Below, piece after piece: positions 1-14,164 of a stretch of DNA of 64,000 nt. The position numbers and the translations under genes are program-made. Within the stretch, counting starts at the first letter, position 1. Each line of letters begins with the position of its first letter. Origin of the DNA: Escherichia coli (GTDB taxonomy: Bacteria > Pseudomonadota > Gammaproteobacteria > Enterobacterales > Enterobacteriaceae); NCBI RefSeq assembly GCF_003334335.1, contig NZ_QOWQ01000011.1. One strand, given 5' to 3'. Below the pieces are notes generated by a model, which was not told where the DNA came from, made no database searches, and worked only from the letters and a program-made list of their open reading frames with translations.

Positions 1-175
1 AAGCCACGGTTGCTGGGGCGAAGTGGTTATCTACGACAAACGCTTGCTGACCAAAAATTATGGCAAGCGACTACTGGATGCATTACCGGTATTTCCGATA
101 GAGCAACCGGAAGTCCCTGAAGGTATAGTTAAAAAGAAAGAAAAAACGAAATCCCCACGCCGTCGGCGGCGTTAA
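1..175 (+). CDS. dinG: ATP-dependent DNA helicase DinG, C-terminal fragment (5' end lies outside the window)
   Basis: Open frame from window edge ending ...KKKEKTKSPRRRRR then TAA at 173-175; recognised DinG C-terminus; followed 27 nt later by ybiB with its own RBS. Confidence 0.8.
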   Translation, partial: SHGCWGEVVIYDKRLLTKNYGKRLLDALPVFPIEQPEVPEGIVKKKEKTKSPRRRRR

Positions 176-202
176 TGATGTGAGTCAGGTAAGGAGTCGT
201 AA

Positions 203-1165
<963 letters not shown>

Positions 1166-1171
1166 TTCTTT

Positions 1172-1248
<77 letters not shown>

Positions 1249-1293
1249 ACGCCCGGCGTGCAGCATAAAAATACAACAAACACATAACATAAA

Positions 1294-2391
<1,098 letters not shown>

Positions 2392-2399
2392 AAAAAAGC

Positions 2400-2421
2400 C
2401 CGTCCAGTGGCGGACGGGCAA
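2400..2421 (-). terminator. Intrinsic terminator hairpin, probably for ybiJ (A-tract on + side, T-tract on - side)
   Basis: gcccgtccagtggcggacgggc inverted repeat immediately preceded by aaaaaaaa on + strand (a U-tract when read on - strand). Confidence 0.5.
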
Positions 2422-2479
2422 ACAAGGGTAACATAGGATCAATGAGGGTTAGAGCATATGCGTCTGTCGGCAAACAGAC

Positions 2480-2618
2480 AGGGAAATACTTGTGCTGGAC
2501 GTAGCGTAAACGCCTGATCCGTCCAACGGTTCGGATTTTGTAGGCCTGATAAGACGCGGTAGCGTCGCATCAGGCATCTGTTGCCGGATGCGGCGTAAAC
2601 GCCTTATCCGTCCTACGA
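2480..2618. repeat. REP/BIME cluster (about three REP units)
   Basis: Copies of gccggatgcggcgtaaacgccttatccgtcctac and tgtaggcctgataagacgcg...gcatcaggc in alternating orientation. Confidence 0.85.
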
Positions 2619-2619
2619 A

Positions 2620-2880
2620 TTACTTATAAATTACCGCAGTACCGCTTAATTTATTGTTGTTGGTGGCGGAAGTGATGCTGTATCCACTGGCACCGGCTGC
2701 CGCGGCTTTCTCAGCCAGTTTCGCTTCCAGGGCATCGAGGGTGGATGCGCCATCGGCAGAAACCACGCCGATTTTATTCATGTTCTGTGCCTGGGATGCC
2801 GTTACCGGTTCCGCCGCGAACACGCCAAATGACAGAGTTGAAAGAGCCATAGCAGCAACAACAGTATTGATAGTTTTCAT
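2620..2880 (-). CDS. ybiJ: YhcN/DUF1471-family small periplasmic protein
   Basis: 86-aa ORF with signal peptide (MKTINTVVAAMALSTLSFGVFA) and C-terminal ...GTAVIYK. Confidence 0.92.
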   Translation of the reverse strand: MKTINTVVAAMALSTLSFGVFAAEPVTASQAQNMNKIGVVSADGASTLDALEAKLAEKAAAAGASGYSITSATNNNKLSGTAVIYK

Positions 2881-3144
2881 AATTAATCTCTCGCAGGTGA
2901 TTTTTGTATAAGTGACGTTGTTTCGTCGATGTGATGAGTATCACGTTTTTTTACGAGAGATAAAATCGAAGAGAATTGACCGCCTTGTTCAAATAAATTG
3001 ATTGATATCTAACCTACTGATAAACCATTTATTTGTTGTACTTATGAACTTGTTTTATACCGCGTGGCAGTCACAGCAGCGTTAAAGGCACGGAATGACA
3101 CGCAAAATACAAATTATACTCGCTATGCATCTCGCCAGTTGTAG

Positions 3145-3411
3145 TTAACGTAACTGGCTGTCTTTCGAACCTCTGCGATTATATCCTGTATAAGCTGGTT
3201 TTTGTAAATCTTTCTCCTGCTGACAATGAATACATAAGCGCACGCCAGGAATGGCTTCCCGACGGGCCTGCGGGATGGGGGCACCGCACTCTTCACATTC
3301 ATCCAGGCTTTCGCCGCGCGGAATTTCACCCCGAGCGCGGGCAATCGCATCTTCAATTGTACTGTTGATCTGTTCGTTGACGGCGTCATCGTTAGCCCAA
3401 CCGGATGCCAT
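3145..3411 (-). CDS. ybiI: DksA/TraR-type C4 zinc-finger protein
   Basis: 88-aa ORF with CEECGAPIP...CIHCQ four-cysteine zinc finger. Confidence 0.92.
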   Translation of the reverse strand: MASGWANDDAVNEQINSTIEDAIARARGEIPRGESLDECEECGAPIPQARREAIPGVRLCIHCQQEKDLQKPAYTGYNRRGSKDSQLR

Positions 3412-3484
3412 ATCGACCTCCCCATATCAATACTTGTACAGTTAAGTGTAGCTAATCCAGGGACGAACTCGGGCAGTTCAAGCA

Positions 3485-4162
3485 TCAGATCTCCGACCAT
3501 TCCCGCAGCAGATTATGATAAAGATTAAGCAGCGACAGGATCTCTTCACTTTCGCCGTAGCGGCTTTTCAGCGACTGAATATTGTTGTCCAGTTCAAACA
3601 GCATGGCGCGCTTTTTATCATCGCGGATCATCGACTGGATCCACATAAATGATGCCACTCGTACGCCGCGGGTTACGGGTGTCACGCAATGCAGGCTGCT
3701 GGAGGGATACAACACGAGATCGCCTGCCGGGAGTTTTACCCGATGTTGTCCGAAGGTGTCATTAACGACCAGTTCGCCGCCGTCGTAGCTTTGTGGATCG
3801 CTTAAAAACAGCGTGGCAGAAAGGTCAGTACGCATCCAGCCGTTTTGTGGATGGCTGCGTACTGCGCCATCCACATGGAAACCATAGGTTTCATTGTTCT
3901 GATAGCGATTAAACAGCGGCGTGGAAAGGGTACGCGGCAAGGCCGCGGCAAAGAATAAAGCATGTTGGTTAACCGCGTTCAGCACCTCATTTTGCAGGGC
4001 GGCGTATAACGTGCTGCGGGTGTCGACCTGTTGATTGTTCTTAACTTGCGCACCTTGTGCGCCGGTGGTGACGCGTCCATCCACCCATTCGGCTTGTTCC
4101 AGTTGTTCGCGAAAACGAGCGACGTCCTGTGGCGATAACACGCCGGGAATGTGGTACATCAT
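3485..4162 (-). CDS. ybiX: PKHD-type Fe(II)/2-oxoglutarate-dependent hydroxylase
   Basis: ORF-track start (4198) trimmed to [10 protein letters not shown] at 4162; HxD motif (GFHVDG); lies 41 nt downstream of fiu on the same strand. Confidence 0.9.
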
Positions 4163-4203
4163 ACAATTTCTCCAAAAAGTGGGGCCTGCGCCCCACATCT
4201 GAA

Positions 4204-6486
4204 TCAGAAATGCATATTGGCTGTGAGCAAGAAGGTTCTTGGCTCGCCCGGGTGATAACGGTAGCCGCTCTTGTTGATTGAGGCGACGTAATCGGTATCA
4301 AACAGGTTGTAAACGTTTAGCTGGAAGTCGAGATTGCGATTAACTCGATACCCCAGTTTGGCATCGGCGACCCAGTAACCTTCGGTAAACGCTGGCGTTC
4401 CCACCGCGCCGTCTGAACCTTTATGCATACTGCCGATATAGCGTGCGCCCGCGCCAACAGAGATATCGTCGGTTGCCTGATATTGGCTCCATAAGGTGAA
4501 GGCGTGCTCCGGGGTATACGGCAGCGATGAGGAACCATCCTGGGCAACATCTTTGCCGTTTTTGATGGTTGCTTTTTGCTGGGTATAGCCGCCAATCACC
4601 TGCCACGCGGGAGTGATATTCCCGGCCACGGATATCTCATAGCCTTCGACGCGTTTCTTACCGTATTGCGAGTAAGTTCCGTCATCATTTTGCTCAACTT
4701 CATTTTCGATATCAGTGCGGAACAGCGCGGCGGTGAGCAACAGACGTTTATCCAGAACCTGCCATTTGGTGCCAATCTCGCTGGTGTTGGCTTTTTGCGG
4801 TTTAAAATCGGTGCGGTTGGCACTGTTACCGCTGCCAGACTGCGCAAGGGCGAAGTTGTTGCCGCCCGGAGGCTGCTGGGAAACGGCATAGTTAATATAG
4901 ACATTGCCGTTTTCCGTCAGGTGATACAGCGCCCCGGCTTTCCAGTTCATCAGATTGCCCGACTTGGCGGTGTCGACGGTGGTGACCGGAGAACCTTTTG
5001 CCACACCAGTTGGGCAGGTGATGGCACCGCGTCCGCTGCCGCCGCAGGCGGTGGCACTGTCATATTCAGTATGATAATTATCCAGACGGATCCCGCCGTT
5101 CAGCTCAAAATCACGGGTGATTTGCAGCGTATCAAAGGCGTAAATTGCGAAGGTATCCGTCTGACCATTGGCGTTTGCGCCGTTGCGCGTCAGGCCGCCG
5201 GGATGAATGCTGCTGTCAGGATGATAAATATTTACCGCGGGTAACGTCACCGGATTAACGCCGTAGTTAGTCTGCGTTTCACGGGTAAATTCCACGCCGG
5301 TACTGACATCATGACCGATAGAACCGGTATAGAACGTCGAGGTCAGGTTGGTCTGGTTGGTGAGAATTTTATTACTCACATCTTTGGTATTCGCCGTGCG
5401 TGACCAGGTCCAGCTATTCACATCGCTGGTGGGCTGAGTAATATTCGACGCCCCGCCCATAATCGCCGTCATCAGGTAATCCTGCTTTACGCGCGACCAA
5501 CGGGTAGTATTGCGAATGGTGGTGTTATCGTTGATGTCGTGCTCAAAACGCATGGTGGCGGTGTCGGTGGTCGAATCGTCGTAATCGGAATCCGTGCCGT
5601 AAAAGTTATGAGTATCAACTTTTCCGGAATGATTCAGGGCCGCCGTTCCCGCAGATGGGGCAGAATAGCCCGGCAAACCGATGGTCGGAATGCCGCCGTC
5701 TGGCGTGTTGTGCTGGGTGACATGCAGATAATTAAGATACAAACGATTCGCTGTACCAAGGCCAAAAGCGACAGAAGGGGCGACGCCGTAACGCTCATTT
5801 TTGACTTTGTCGCGTCCGGCATCGTGCGTTTTTTCGCCCATTACATTCAGGCGCACCGCGGTGGTATCACCAATGACCTGATTGACGTCCAGCGTGCCGC
5901 GGCGGAACCAGGCGCTGCCAATACTGGCGGAGGCGTCAATGCCGGAATCATTGCGCGGCTGCTTGCTGATCATATTGATCGAGCCTGTCGGTGCGCTGCG
6001 CCCGTAGTCGGTGCCGGACGGCCCTTTAATCACTTCGACCTGCTCGGTATTGAAGGTGTCGCGCGAGACGCTGCCGATATCGCGAATGCCATCAATATAA
6101 ATACTGTTAGAGGTATCGGCACCACGCATATAAATGGCGTCGCCAGTGGTGGAGTTACCGTTCTCACCCGCAAAAAACGCACCCACGCCGGGGACGTTTT
6201 TGAGCGCGTCGGTAAGGTTGGTTGCGCCCTGATCTTTAATCACTTGTTCAGAAATTACCGTCATCGTGCGGGTAGTATCCGCTACCGGACGCGAGAATTT
6301 CGGATCGGCAGATTGTTGTGGCGCATAAAGCGAAGGCGTTGATGCTTCGACAACCAGCGTGTCATCCGCGTTAGTTTGCCCTTCGGCGGCGAGTGCCTGA
6401 GCCACAGGCGTGATGCCAATACAAAGACCGGCAAAGAACGTGAGCGAATGAAATTGTCTGGCAGGGAAATTGCGATTGTTTTCCAT
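4204..6486 (-). CDS. fiu: TonB-dependent catecholate-siderophore outer-membrane receptor
   Basis: 760-aa ORF; signal peptide, plug and beta-barrel, C-terminal ...NMHF aromatic terminus; recognised Fiu. Confidence 0.96.
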
Positions 6487-6590
6487 TTTGCAGGTGACTT
6501 TTTCTTATATGTTGAAATTTTCACTGCCACGAGAAAGCCTCTCTGCGGATGCGATGCCACTGTTAATCCCGTGATAGTGCTCGTGAAAGT

Positions 6591-6615
6591 GATAATAATT
6601 TTGATAAGCATTATC
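6591..6615 (-). promoter_or_regulatory. Fur box in the fiu promoter region
   Basis: gataataattttgataagcattatc closely matches Fur consensus GATAATGATAATCATTATC; about 105 nt upstream of the fiu start codon. Confidence 0.7.
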
Positions 6616-6750
6616 ACTTGGAGCGATTTTCTATCACCCATTGCGCGAAAAAGAAATACATTTATTTACATTGAGTTCATATTTGATGTTTTTTGATTAC
6701 AAAACAGACGAAAACTGCATCCAGAGGCGAATGCAGTTACGTTGGTGGGG

Positions 6751-7011
6751 TTATTTGTAGATGGTTGCAGTACCGAACATCTGGTCATTTCCGCCTGCGG
6801 AATTAATGACATAACCTTTCGCGCCTTGTTCGCGCGCTTTTTCTGCCAGTTTATCCTCCAGATCGCTTAGGTTTGATGCGCCAGTTGCCGAAACGGTACC
6901 GGCGGGCCGTAGCTGACCGCTGTCCAGGTTACTCATCGGTTGCGCGGCATAAGCCGTGAGAGAGATTCCGCTCAGGACGGTGGCAATCAGTAGTGTGAGG
7001 CACTTTTTCAT
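6751..7011 (-). CDS. mcbA: YhcN/DUF1471-family periplasmic protein (MqsR-controlled colanic acid/biofilm protein)
   Basis: ORF-track 134-aa ORF trimmed to MKKCLTLLIATVLSGISLTAYA (86 aa) at 7011; paralogous to ybiJ (shared ...DLE.KLAEKA...GAKGY... core). Confidence 0.88.
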   Translation of the reverse strand: MKKCLTLLIATVLSGISLTAYAAQPMSNLDSGQLRPAGTVSATGASNLSDLEDKLAEKAREQGAKGYVINSAGGNDQMFGTATIYK

Positions 7012-7286
7012 AATGACATCCTCATAAATACAACGGGTAGTGCCTGATAAGTGTAGGTCGCCTGCGCGATGCAAATGACGCAAAAAATTGACAGAGATGT
7101 GCTTATTTTTTGAACGATATATTTTTACAAAATAAGACAAATCAATGACATGCATAATGCTGATTTTTATGATGAATTGCCATAAACCATAGCCATGTTA
7201 AGGTTTTGGGGAATGATAAACGCAGCCAGATATTTACCCTGTCGCGTTATGCGGGTATCTTACGCCGCTGCTTAAAGGAGAATGCT

Positions 7287-8213
7287 ATGTCCGCCCAGAA
7301 ACCGGGGTTGCATCCGCGCAACCGTCATCACAGCCGCTACGATCTCGCCACGCTTTGTCAGGTCAATCCTGAACTCAGGCAATTCCTCACGCTTACACCC
7401 GCCGGGGAGCAAAGCGTAGACTTTGCCAATCCGCTGGCGGTGAAGGCGCTCAATAAGGCGTTGCTGGCCCATTTTTACGCCGTAGCGAACTGGGATATCC
7501 CCGACGGTTTTCTCTGCCCACCAGTACCGGGCCGGGCGGATTATATTCATCACCTTGCCGATTTACTGGCAGAAGCAAGCGGAACAATTCCAGCGAATGC
7601 CAGCATTCTGGATATCGGCGTTGGTGCGAACTGTATTTATCCGCTGATTGGCGTACATGAATATGGCTGGCGTTTTACCGGTAGTGAAACCAGCAGCCAG
7701 GCGTTAAGCAGTGCGCAGGCGATTATCAGTTCTAATCCGGGGCTTAACCGCGCCATTCGTCTGCGTCGGCAAAAAGAGAGTGGGGCGATTTTTAACGGCA
7801 TCATCCATAAAAACGAGCAATACGACGCGACCTTGTGTAACCCGCCATTCCACGATTCCGCCGCTGCGGCACGGGCAGGTAGTGAGCGTAAACGCCGTAA
7901 CCTGGGGCTGAACAAAGACGATGCACTGAACTTTGGCGGCCAGCAACAGGAGTTGTGGTGTGAAGGCGGTGAAGTCACCTTTATCAAAAAGATGATTGAA
8001 GAGAGCAAAGGCTTCGCGAAGCAGGTGATGTGGTTTACATCACTGGTATCTCGTGGTGAAAACTTACCGCCGTTGTATCGTGCCCTGACGGACGTGGGCG
8101 CGGTGAAGGTGGTTAAAAAAGAGATGGCCCAGGGGCAAAAGCAGAGTCGCTTTATTGCCTGGACCTTTATGAACGACGAGCAGCGCCGCCGTTTTGTCAA
8201 TCGCCAGCGTTAA
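7287..8213 (+). CDS. rlmF: 23S rRNA m6A1618 methyltransferase
   Basis: Start trimmed to [10 protein letters not shown] at 7287 (AAGGAG RBS at 7275-7280); NPPF methyltransferase motif (LCNPPFHDS). Confidence 0.93.
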
Positions 8214-10435
8214 AGCGTTGGTTCCCCCGGCGGTAACGGTTCAGCCGGGGTCGCGCCCGGAGCAGGCAGCACCTGATAAGTCTGCACTGGCGCGCGAACG
8301 CCCGCCAGGTCGAAATGTTTTTTCACCTGGCTGTCGAGGGCAAAGCGTACCGTCCACTGTTTGAGTGGCAGCGTGGTGAACGAAACACGCAGTGTAAACG
8401 CGGTATTGCTTAAGCCGACAATCCCGGCAAAATTCGGTTCACCAATAATCAGCCCGCGAATTTCTTCGTTTTCCATTAATTCCGCTACCGCATCTTTCAG
8501 TGCCTGATTGGCTTTATCAGCATCTTCATGGCGATCAACATCATAATTTGCCACCACCGAACCAATGCCGCGGACAAAGTTAGCAAAGGTGGTTATCGAA
8601 GACCACGGAATGATGTGATACGCCCCGGTATCCTGTCGTACGCCCACGGAGCGAATCGACATCCGTTCCACTGTGCCGGTCAACGGCCCGATAGTCACCA
8701 AATCTCCAGTGTTCATGCCGTTTTCAAACTGAATAAATACCCCGGTGATAATATCTTTCACCAGCGTTTGCGAACCAAACGAGATAGCCAGACCTAATGC
8801 CCCGGCACCTGCCAGCAATGGCGCGATATTGACGCCGATTTCCGACAACACAATCATGATGGTGATGGTACTGATAATCACCGCCAGCGCGTTACGAAAC
8901 AGCGTAAGCAGGGTACGCGTGCGGGCGCTGGGTAGCGGGCGGCCATGAATATCCGAAGCCAGCCGGTTTTCGATCAAACTGGCGAGCACCGTCCAGCCAA
9001 CCGCCGAGAAGAAAAGAATGAGTGCGATACGGATCAGGATATCTACGGTTTTCTGCCCCGCGCCGTTTTGCAGCCAGTTCCAGAAATCGAACAATCCCCA
9101 TGCGCTCAACAGCAACATTACCGCCACGCAGACTGTCAGAATACGCGCCGTTTTCAGCGCCGCCGACAGCCAGCCATTCAACCGTTTTTGCAGCTCCGGA
9201 TAGTTACGCTGAGTATGTGGCGAGAGAGTGATGGTTTTCGCCAGCCAGCGGGAAAACATACCGGAAACAAACGCTGCGATACCAATAATCGCCAGGCTGC
9301 GCACCGTTGCACCCATCATAAATTTCAGGCTGTTGCCCGGATCGAACAACGAAAAGAAAAACAGCACGATAAAATAGGCGCTTGCCAGCCAGTGCCACAC
9401 CAGCGCAAAGGCGCGGATAAACAGGCTGAAAAAGGCCAGCGAATGCTCCGCGAAGTTGAGCAAATGCTGGGTAATCTCTTTTTTATTACGAAAGATCAGG
9501 TACAACGCCCAGACGGTCATGCACAGCATAATGATGACGTTCGCCAGCGCACCTATCTGTACATTCACCTGATTAGAGATAATCGGCACGGCCACAATCA
9601 GGCCATAACCTATCAAACTGCTTAACCAGCTCAGGCGACGACTCCAGTAACGGGCGCTCTCGTCCTGAATCGTGAACGGGCGCAGCTCCGCCACGTTTGG
9701 GCAAAAAATCAGGCGTAGTACGGCTTTGAAAAATTCAATGAGGGCAAAGGCGTTGAGAAACAAACTTTGTTGGAAAGCGATGGTGCGACTGCCTGCATTC
9801 AGGTTGTCGCTTAATACCTGGCCGACAAATAATGTCAGGGCCAGTAACAGCAGGTCGATAATAAACGCCCCGATAATCATCGCCGGAAGCTGCAACCAGT
9901 TGCTGCGCTCACGATTTTTTTGCCGCGCCCACTGACCCATTTTGCGATACAGCGGCAGTGCGCACAGGCGAATCAGCCAGTAAAAACCAAACACTAATAC
10001 CGCTAACATTGAAAAATGGGTCAGCGCATTGCTGAAGGTTTGTGGATTAAACGGCTTATGCGGGGAGCCGGTGATATTGCGATAAAGTTGCCCGAAGCGG
10101 GCGGAAAGGGCTTCACCATAATGGCGGCTGACTTCGGTGACCTTTTGCAGCACGGTTTGCTCTTCGACCAGCGTCGGCGGCACTATTTTTGGTACCGGTT
10201 CAGCAGGGGGCGTAGCGGCAACGGTGCGCAACTGGTCGATCAACTCTTTACGCGAGGTGTCATTATCCAGCACATCCGCCAGTGCGCCATAGGCCGCTTT
10301 TTTTTGTTCGATATCCGGTTCCGGGGCCGGTTCAGTCGTTGAGTCCGTTGTCGTTGTGGTTGTAACGCCGGGTATGGATACCGCGTGGGCAGGTGCGCCC
10401 AGCAGGCAGAAGAGGATGAACAGGATCCACCGCAT
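8210..10435 (-). CDS. ybiO: MscS-family mechanosensitive channel
   Basis: Start trimmed to [18 protein letters not shown] (signal peptide) at 10435; multiple TM helices and MscS-like C-terminal domain; stop overlaps rlmF stop in a shared TTAA. Confidence 0.92.
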
Positions 10436-10585
10436 GACTCCTCCAGTGAGAAAATAGAGCAAAAAGATAAGTATAGATGCTGGAGGAGGGGCGATTTTAA
10501 ATGAGAGGAATCTGGTGTGCCTCCCTTTCGGGTGAAAGGGAGGAAGGGATATTAAGCAGGTTGCTGACAACGTGCGGGCTTTTTT

Positions 10586-10685
10586 GCCGGATGCGGCGTG
10601 AACGCCTTATCCGTCCTACAAGTTCATGCAATTTTAATAAGTTGCCAGATATCCTGTAGGCCTGATAAGCGTAGCGCATCAGGCA
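10586..10685. repeat. REP/BIME element (two REP units in opposite orientation)
   Basis: gccggatgcggcgtgaacgccttatccgtcctaca ... tgtaggcctgataagcgtagcgcatcaggca. Confidence 0.85.
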
Positions 10686-10695
10686 ATGTGTCTTA

Positions 10696-11418
10696 TTAAG
10701 AGACGTGCTGCAAAAATTCCTGCAAGCGCTGGCTCGGCGGGTTCTTGATCAACACCTGCGGATTGCCATCTTCCGCAATCCGGCCTTTGTCGATAAAGAT
10801 CAGCCGCGAAGCTACTTTCTCGGCAAAACCGATTTCGTGGGTCACGATCACCATCGTCATCCCTTCTTCAGCCAGATCCTGCATAACCTTCAGCACTTCA
10901 TGGCGCAGTTCCGGGTCAAGAGCGGAAGTCGGTTCATCAAACAGCATCATTTTCGGCTTCACCGCCAGCGCGCGGGCAATCGCCACACGCTGCTGTTGAC
11001 CACCAGAAAGTTCGGAAGGGTAGTGATGTGCACGTTCTGCCAGACCGACTTTCGCCAGCAGCTCACGTGCCAGTTTTTCCGCCTCTTCTTTGTTCGCGCC
11101 ACGCACGCGTAGCGGGCCAAACATGACGTTTTCCAGCGCTGTCAGATGCGGGAAGAGGTAAAACTGCTGGAACACCATACCTGCTTCCTGGCGAATCAGG
11201 CGCTCGTCAACTTTCGGATCGTTAACCTTCAGGCCATCGACAATCAGATCGCCGGAGGTGATTTCTTCCAGTTTGTTGATGCAGCGCAGCAGGGTCGATT
11301 TACCGGAACCGGACGGCCCGATAATCACCACGACTTCGCCCTGGGCAATGTTCAAATCGATATTGTGCAGCACCTGGGTTGGGCCAAAGTGCTTGGAGAC
11401 GTTTTTAAATTCAATCAC
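10696..11418 (-). CDS. glnQ: Glutamine ABC transporter ATP-binding protein
   Basis: 240 aa; Walker [13 protein letters not shown] signature LSGGQQQRV. Confidence 0.97.
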
Positions 11419-12074
11419 AGGATTTTCATCCTTCTTTCCAGACGACGCAGAATAAAGCTCAGCACCAGGGTAATAATCAGATAGAACACCGCCACGGCGC
11501 TCCAGATCTCAAGGGCGCGGAAGTTACCGGCAATAATTTCTTGCCCCTGACGGGTCAGTTCCGCCACGCCGATCACAATAAACAGCGAGGTGTCTTTAAT
11601 GCTGATGATCCACTGGTTACCCAGCGGCGGCAGCATACGACGCAGTGCCAGCGGTAAAATGACGTAGCGAATGGTTTCCCAACGTGAAAGACCGAGCGCC
11701 AGTCCTGCTTCACGAAAACCTTTGTGGATAGACAGCACCGCACCACGCGTGATTTCCGCAATATACGCGCCGGAGTTGATCATGATGGTGACCACCGCCG
11801 CAGTAAATGGGTCGATGCGTAAGTCGTTAAACGCCATCGGCAGGGCGAAATAAATAAACATCACCTGGACGACGATAGGTGTGCCGCGGATCACTTCAAT
11901 AAAGACCAGCGCGACGTGGTTGGCTATCCAACCTCCGAAGGTGCGTGCAAAACCTGCCAGCAATCCGATTACCAGACCGCCTGCCAGACCGAGGACCGAA
12001 ATCCACAGGGTCATTTTGGCACCTTCAATCAGAAGCGGAATGGCAGGCCAGATGGCACTCCAGTCAAACTGCAT
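11415..12074 (-). CDS. glnP: Glutamine ABC transporter permease
   Basis: 219-aa polytopic membrane protein; 4-nt overlap with glnQ (translational coupling). Confidence 0.96.
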
Positions 12075-12158
12075 ATGTTGTTCCTGTTACCGTGGTGTAA
12101 ATAATCAAATTCAGGGTAATTAATGGCCCCGGAGCGGGTTTGCGCCCCTCACCCTAAT

Positions 12159-12179
12159 CCTCTCCCCATAGGGGAGAGG
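12159..12179 (-). other. Stable stem-loop in the glnH-glnP intercistronic region
   Basis: cctctcccc-ata-ggggagagg perfect 9-bp inverted repeat between the binding-protein and permease genes. Confidence 0.5.
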
Positions 12180-12212
12180 GAACTGCCAGTGCGTTTTACA
12201 GGTGTAGCGTTA

Positions 12213-12974
<762 letters not shown>

Positions 12975-13013
12975 CTATCCACGGGACGATCCCCTGCGTG
13001 ACATTCACATATA

Positions 13014-13029
13014 TGAAAAAATCGTGCCA
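13014..13029 (-). promoter_or_regulatory. Sigma-54 promoter (glnHp2-like) with a weak -12 element
   Basis: On - strand TGGCAC-GATTT-TTTCA (consensus TGGCAC-N5-TTGCA) about 40 nt upstream of the glnH start. Confidence 0.65.
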
Positions 13030-13102
13030 GTTTTGCAACTCCTTGATTTTTCGAGATGCGGCAAAAACGTGATGCACGATTTATAGGGCAATACCCTGAA
13101 GA

Positions 13103-13133
13103 TGCACCATTCTGGGGCACCAATCTGGTGCGC
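13103..13133. promoter_or_regulatory. Tandem overlapping NtrC (NRI) enhancer sites
   Basis: tgcaccattctggggca and gcaccaatctggtgcgc match NtrC consensus TGCACCA-N3-TGGTGCA; about 80-100 nt upstream of the sigma-54 promoter. Confidence 0.7.
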
Positions 13134-13362
13134 TAAAATTGTGCACTCAACACAGTGATTATTTAGCGTAAAACCTGATGAAAAAACAATCTTTATGTAA
13201 CGATTGTGTGATGATGTGGATACAAAAAATTTACTTAATCAGCTGGAGATAGCAGATGGATGCACTAAATAAGTGCGTTGAGGTGGGCTGCAAAACAAAA
13301 CGGCCTCCTGTCAGGAAGCCGCTTTTATCGGGTACTAAAGTTCTGCACCATCAGCGATGGAT

Positions 13363-14010
<648 letters not shown>

Positions 14011-14126
14011 TTAGATATATTGATAAGAACAATTCTTATTTATCTGCTCGCCAGGAATTTTCGGAATAAATATGCTTTTGCATAATTCGATATATAAAGA
14101 CGGTGTAGAGGAAAAGTAGCGAGAAA

Positions 14127-14156
14127 TTCTGCATGGTTATGCATAACCATGCAGAA
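14127..14156 (-). terminator. Perfect 30-bp palindrome; probable rhtA intrinsic terminator
   Basis: ttctgcatggttatg|cataaccatgcagaa (15+15 perfect) starting 8 nt downstream of the rhtA stop, followed on the - strand by UUUCUCGCUACUUUUC. Confidence 0.5.
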
Positions 14157-14164
14157 ATGTAAAT

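Noticed and set aside
2480-2618. Repeated about 35-bp units here and at 10586-10685 and 22571-22670, considered as a possible CRISPR array.
   Set aside because: Units are imperfect palindromes in alternating orientation without unique spacers, which is REP/BIME architecture, not CRISPR.
4576-6342. Long antisense ORFs inside fiu (4576-5244 +, 5539-6342 +).
   Set aside because: Fully embedded opposite a recognised 760-aa gene; Gly/Arg/Val-rich translations typical of antisense frames in GC-rich coding DNA; no RBS.
8945-9625. 226-aa plus-strand ORF inside ybiO, and 166-aa ORF (12123-12623 +) antisense to glnH.
   Set aside because: Antisense to strongly supported genes; no start context; composition atypical.
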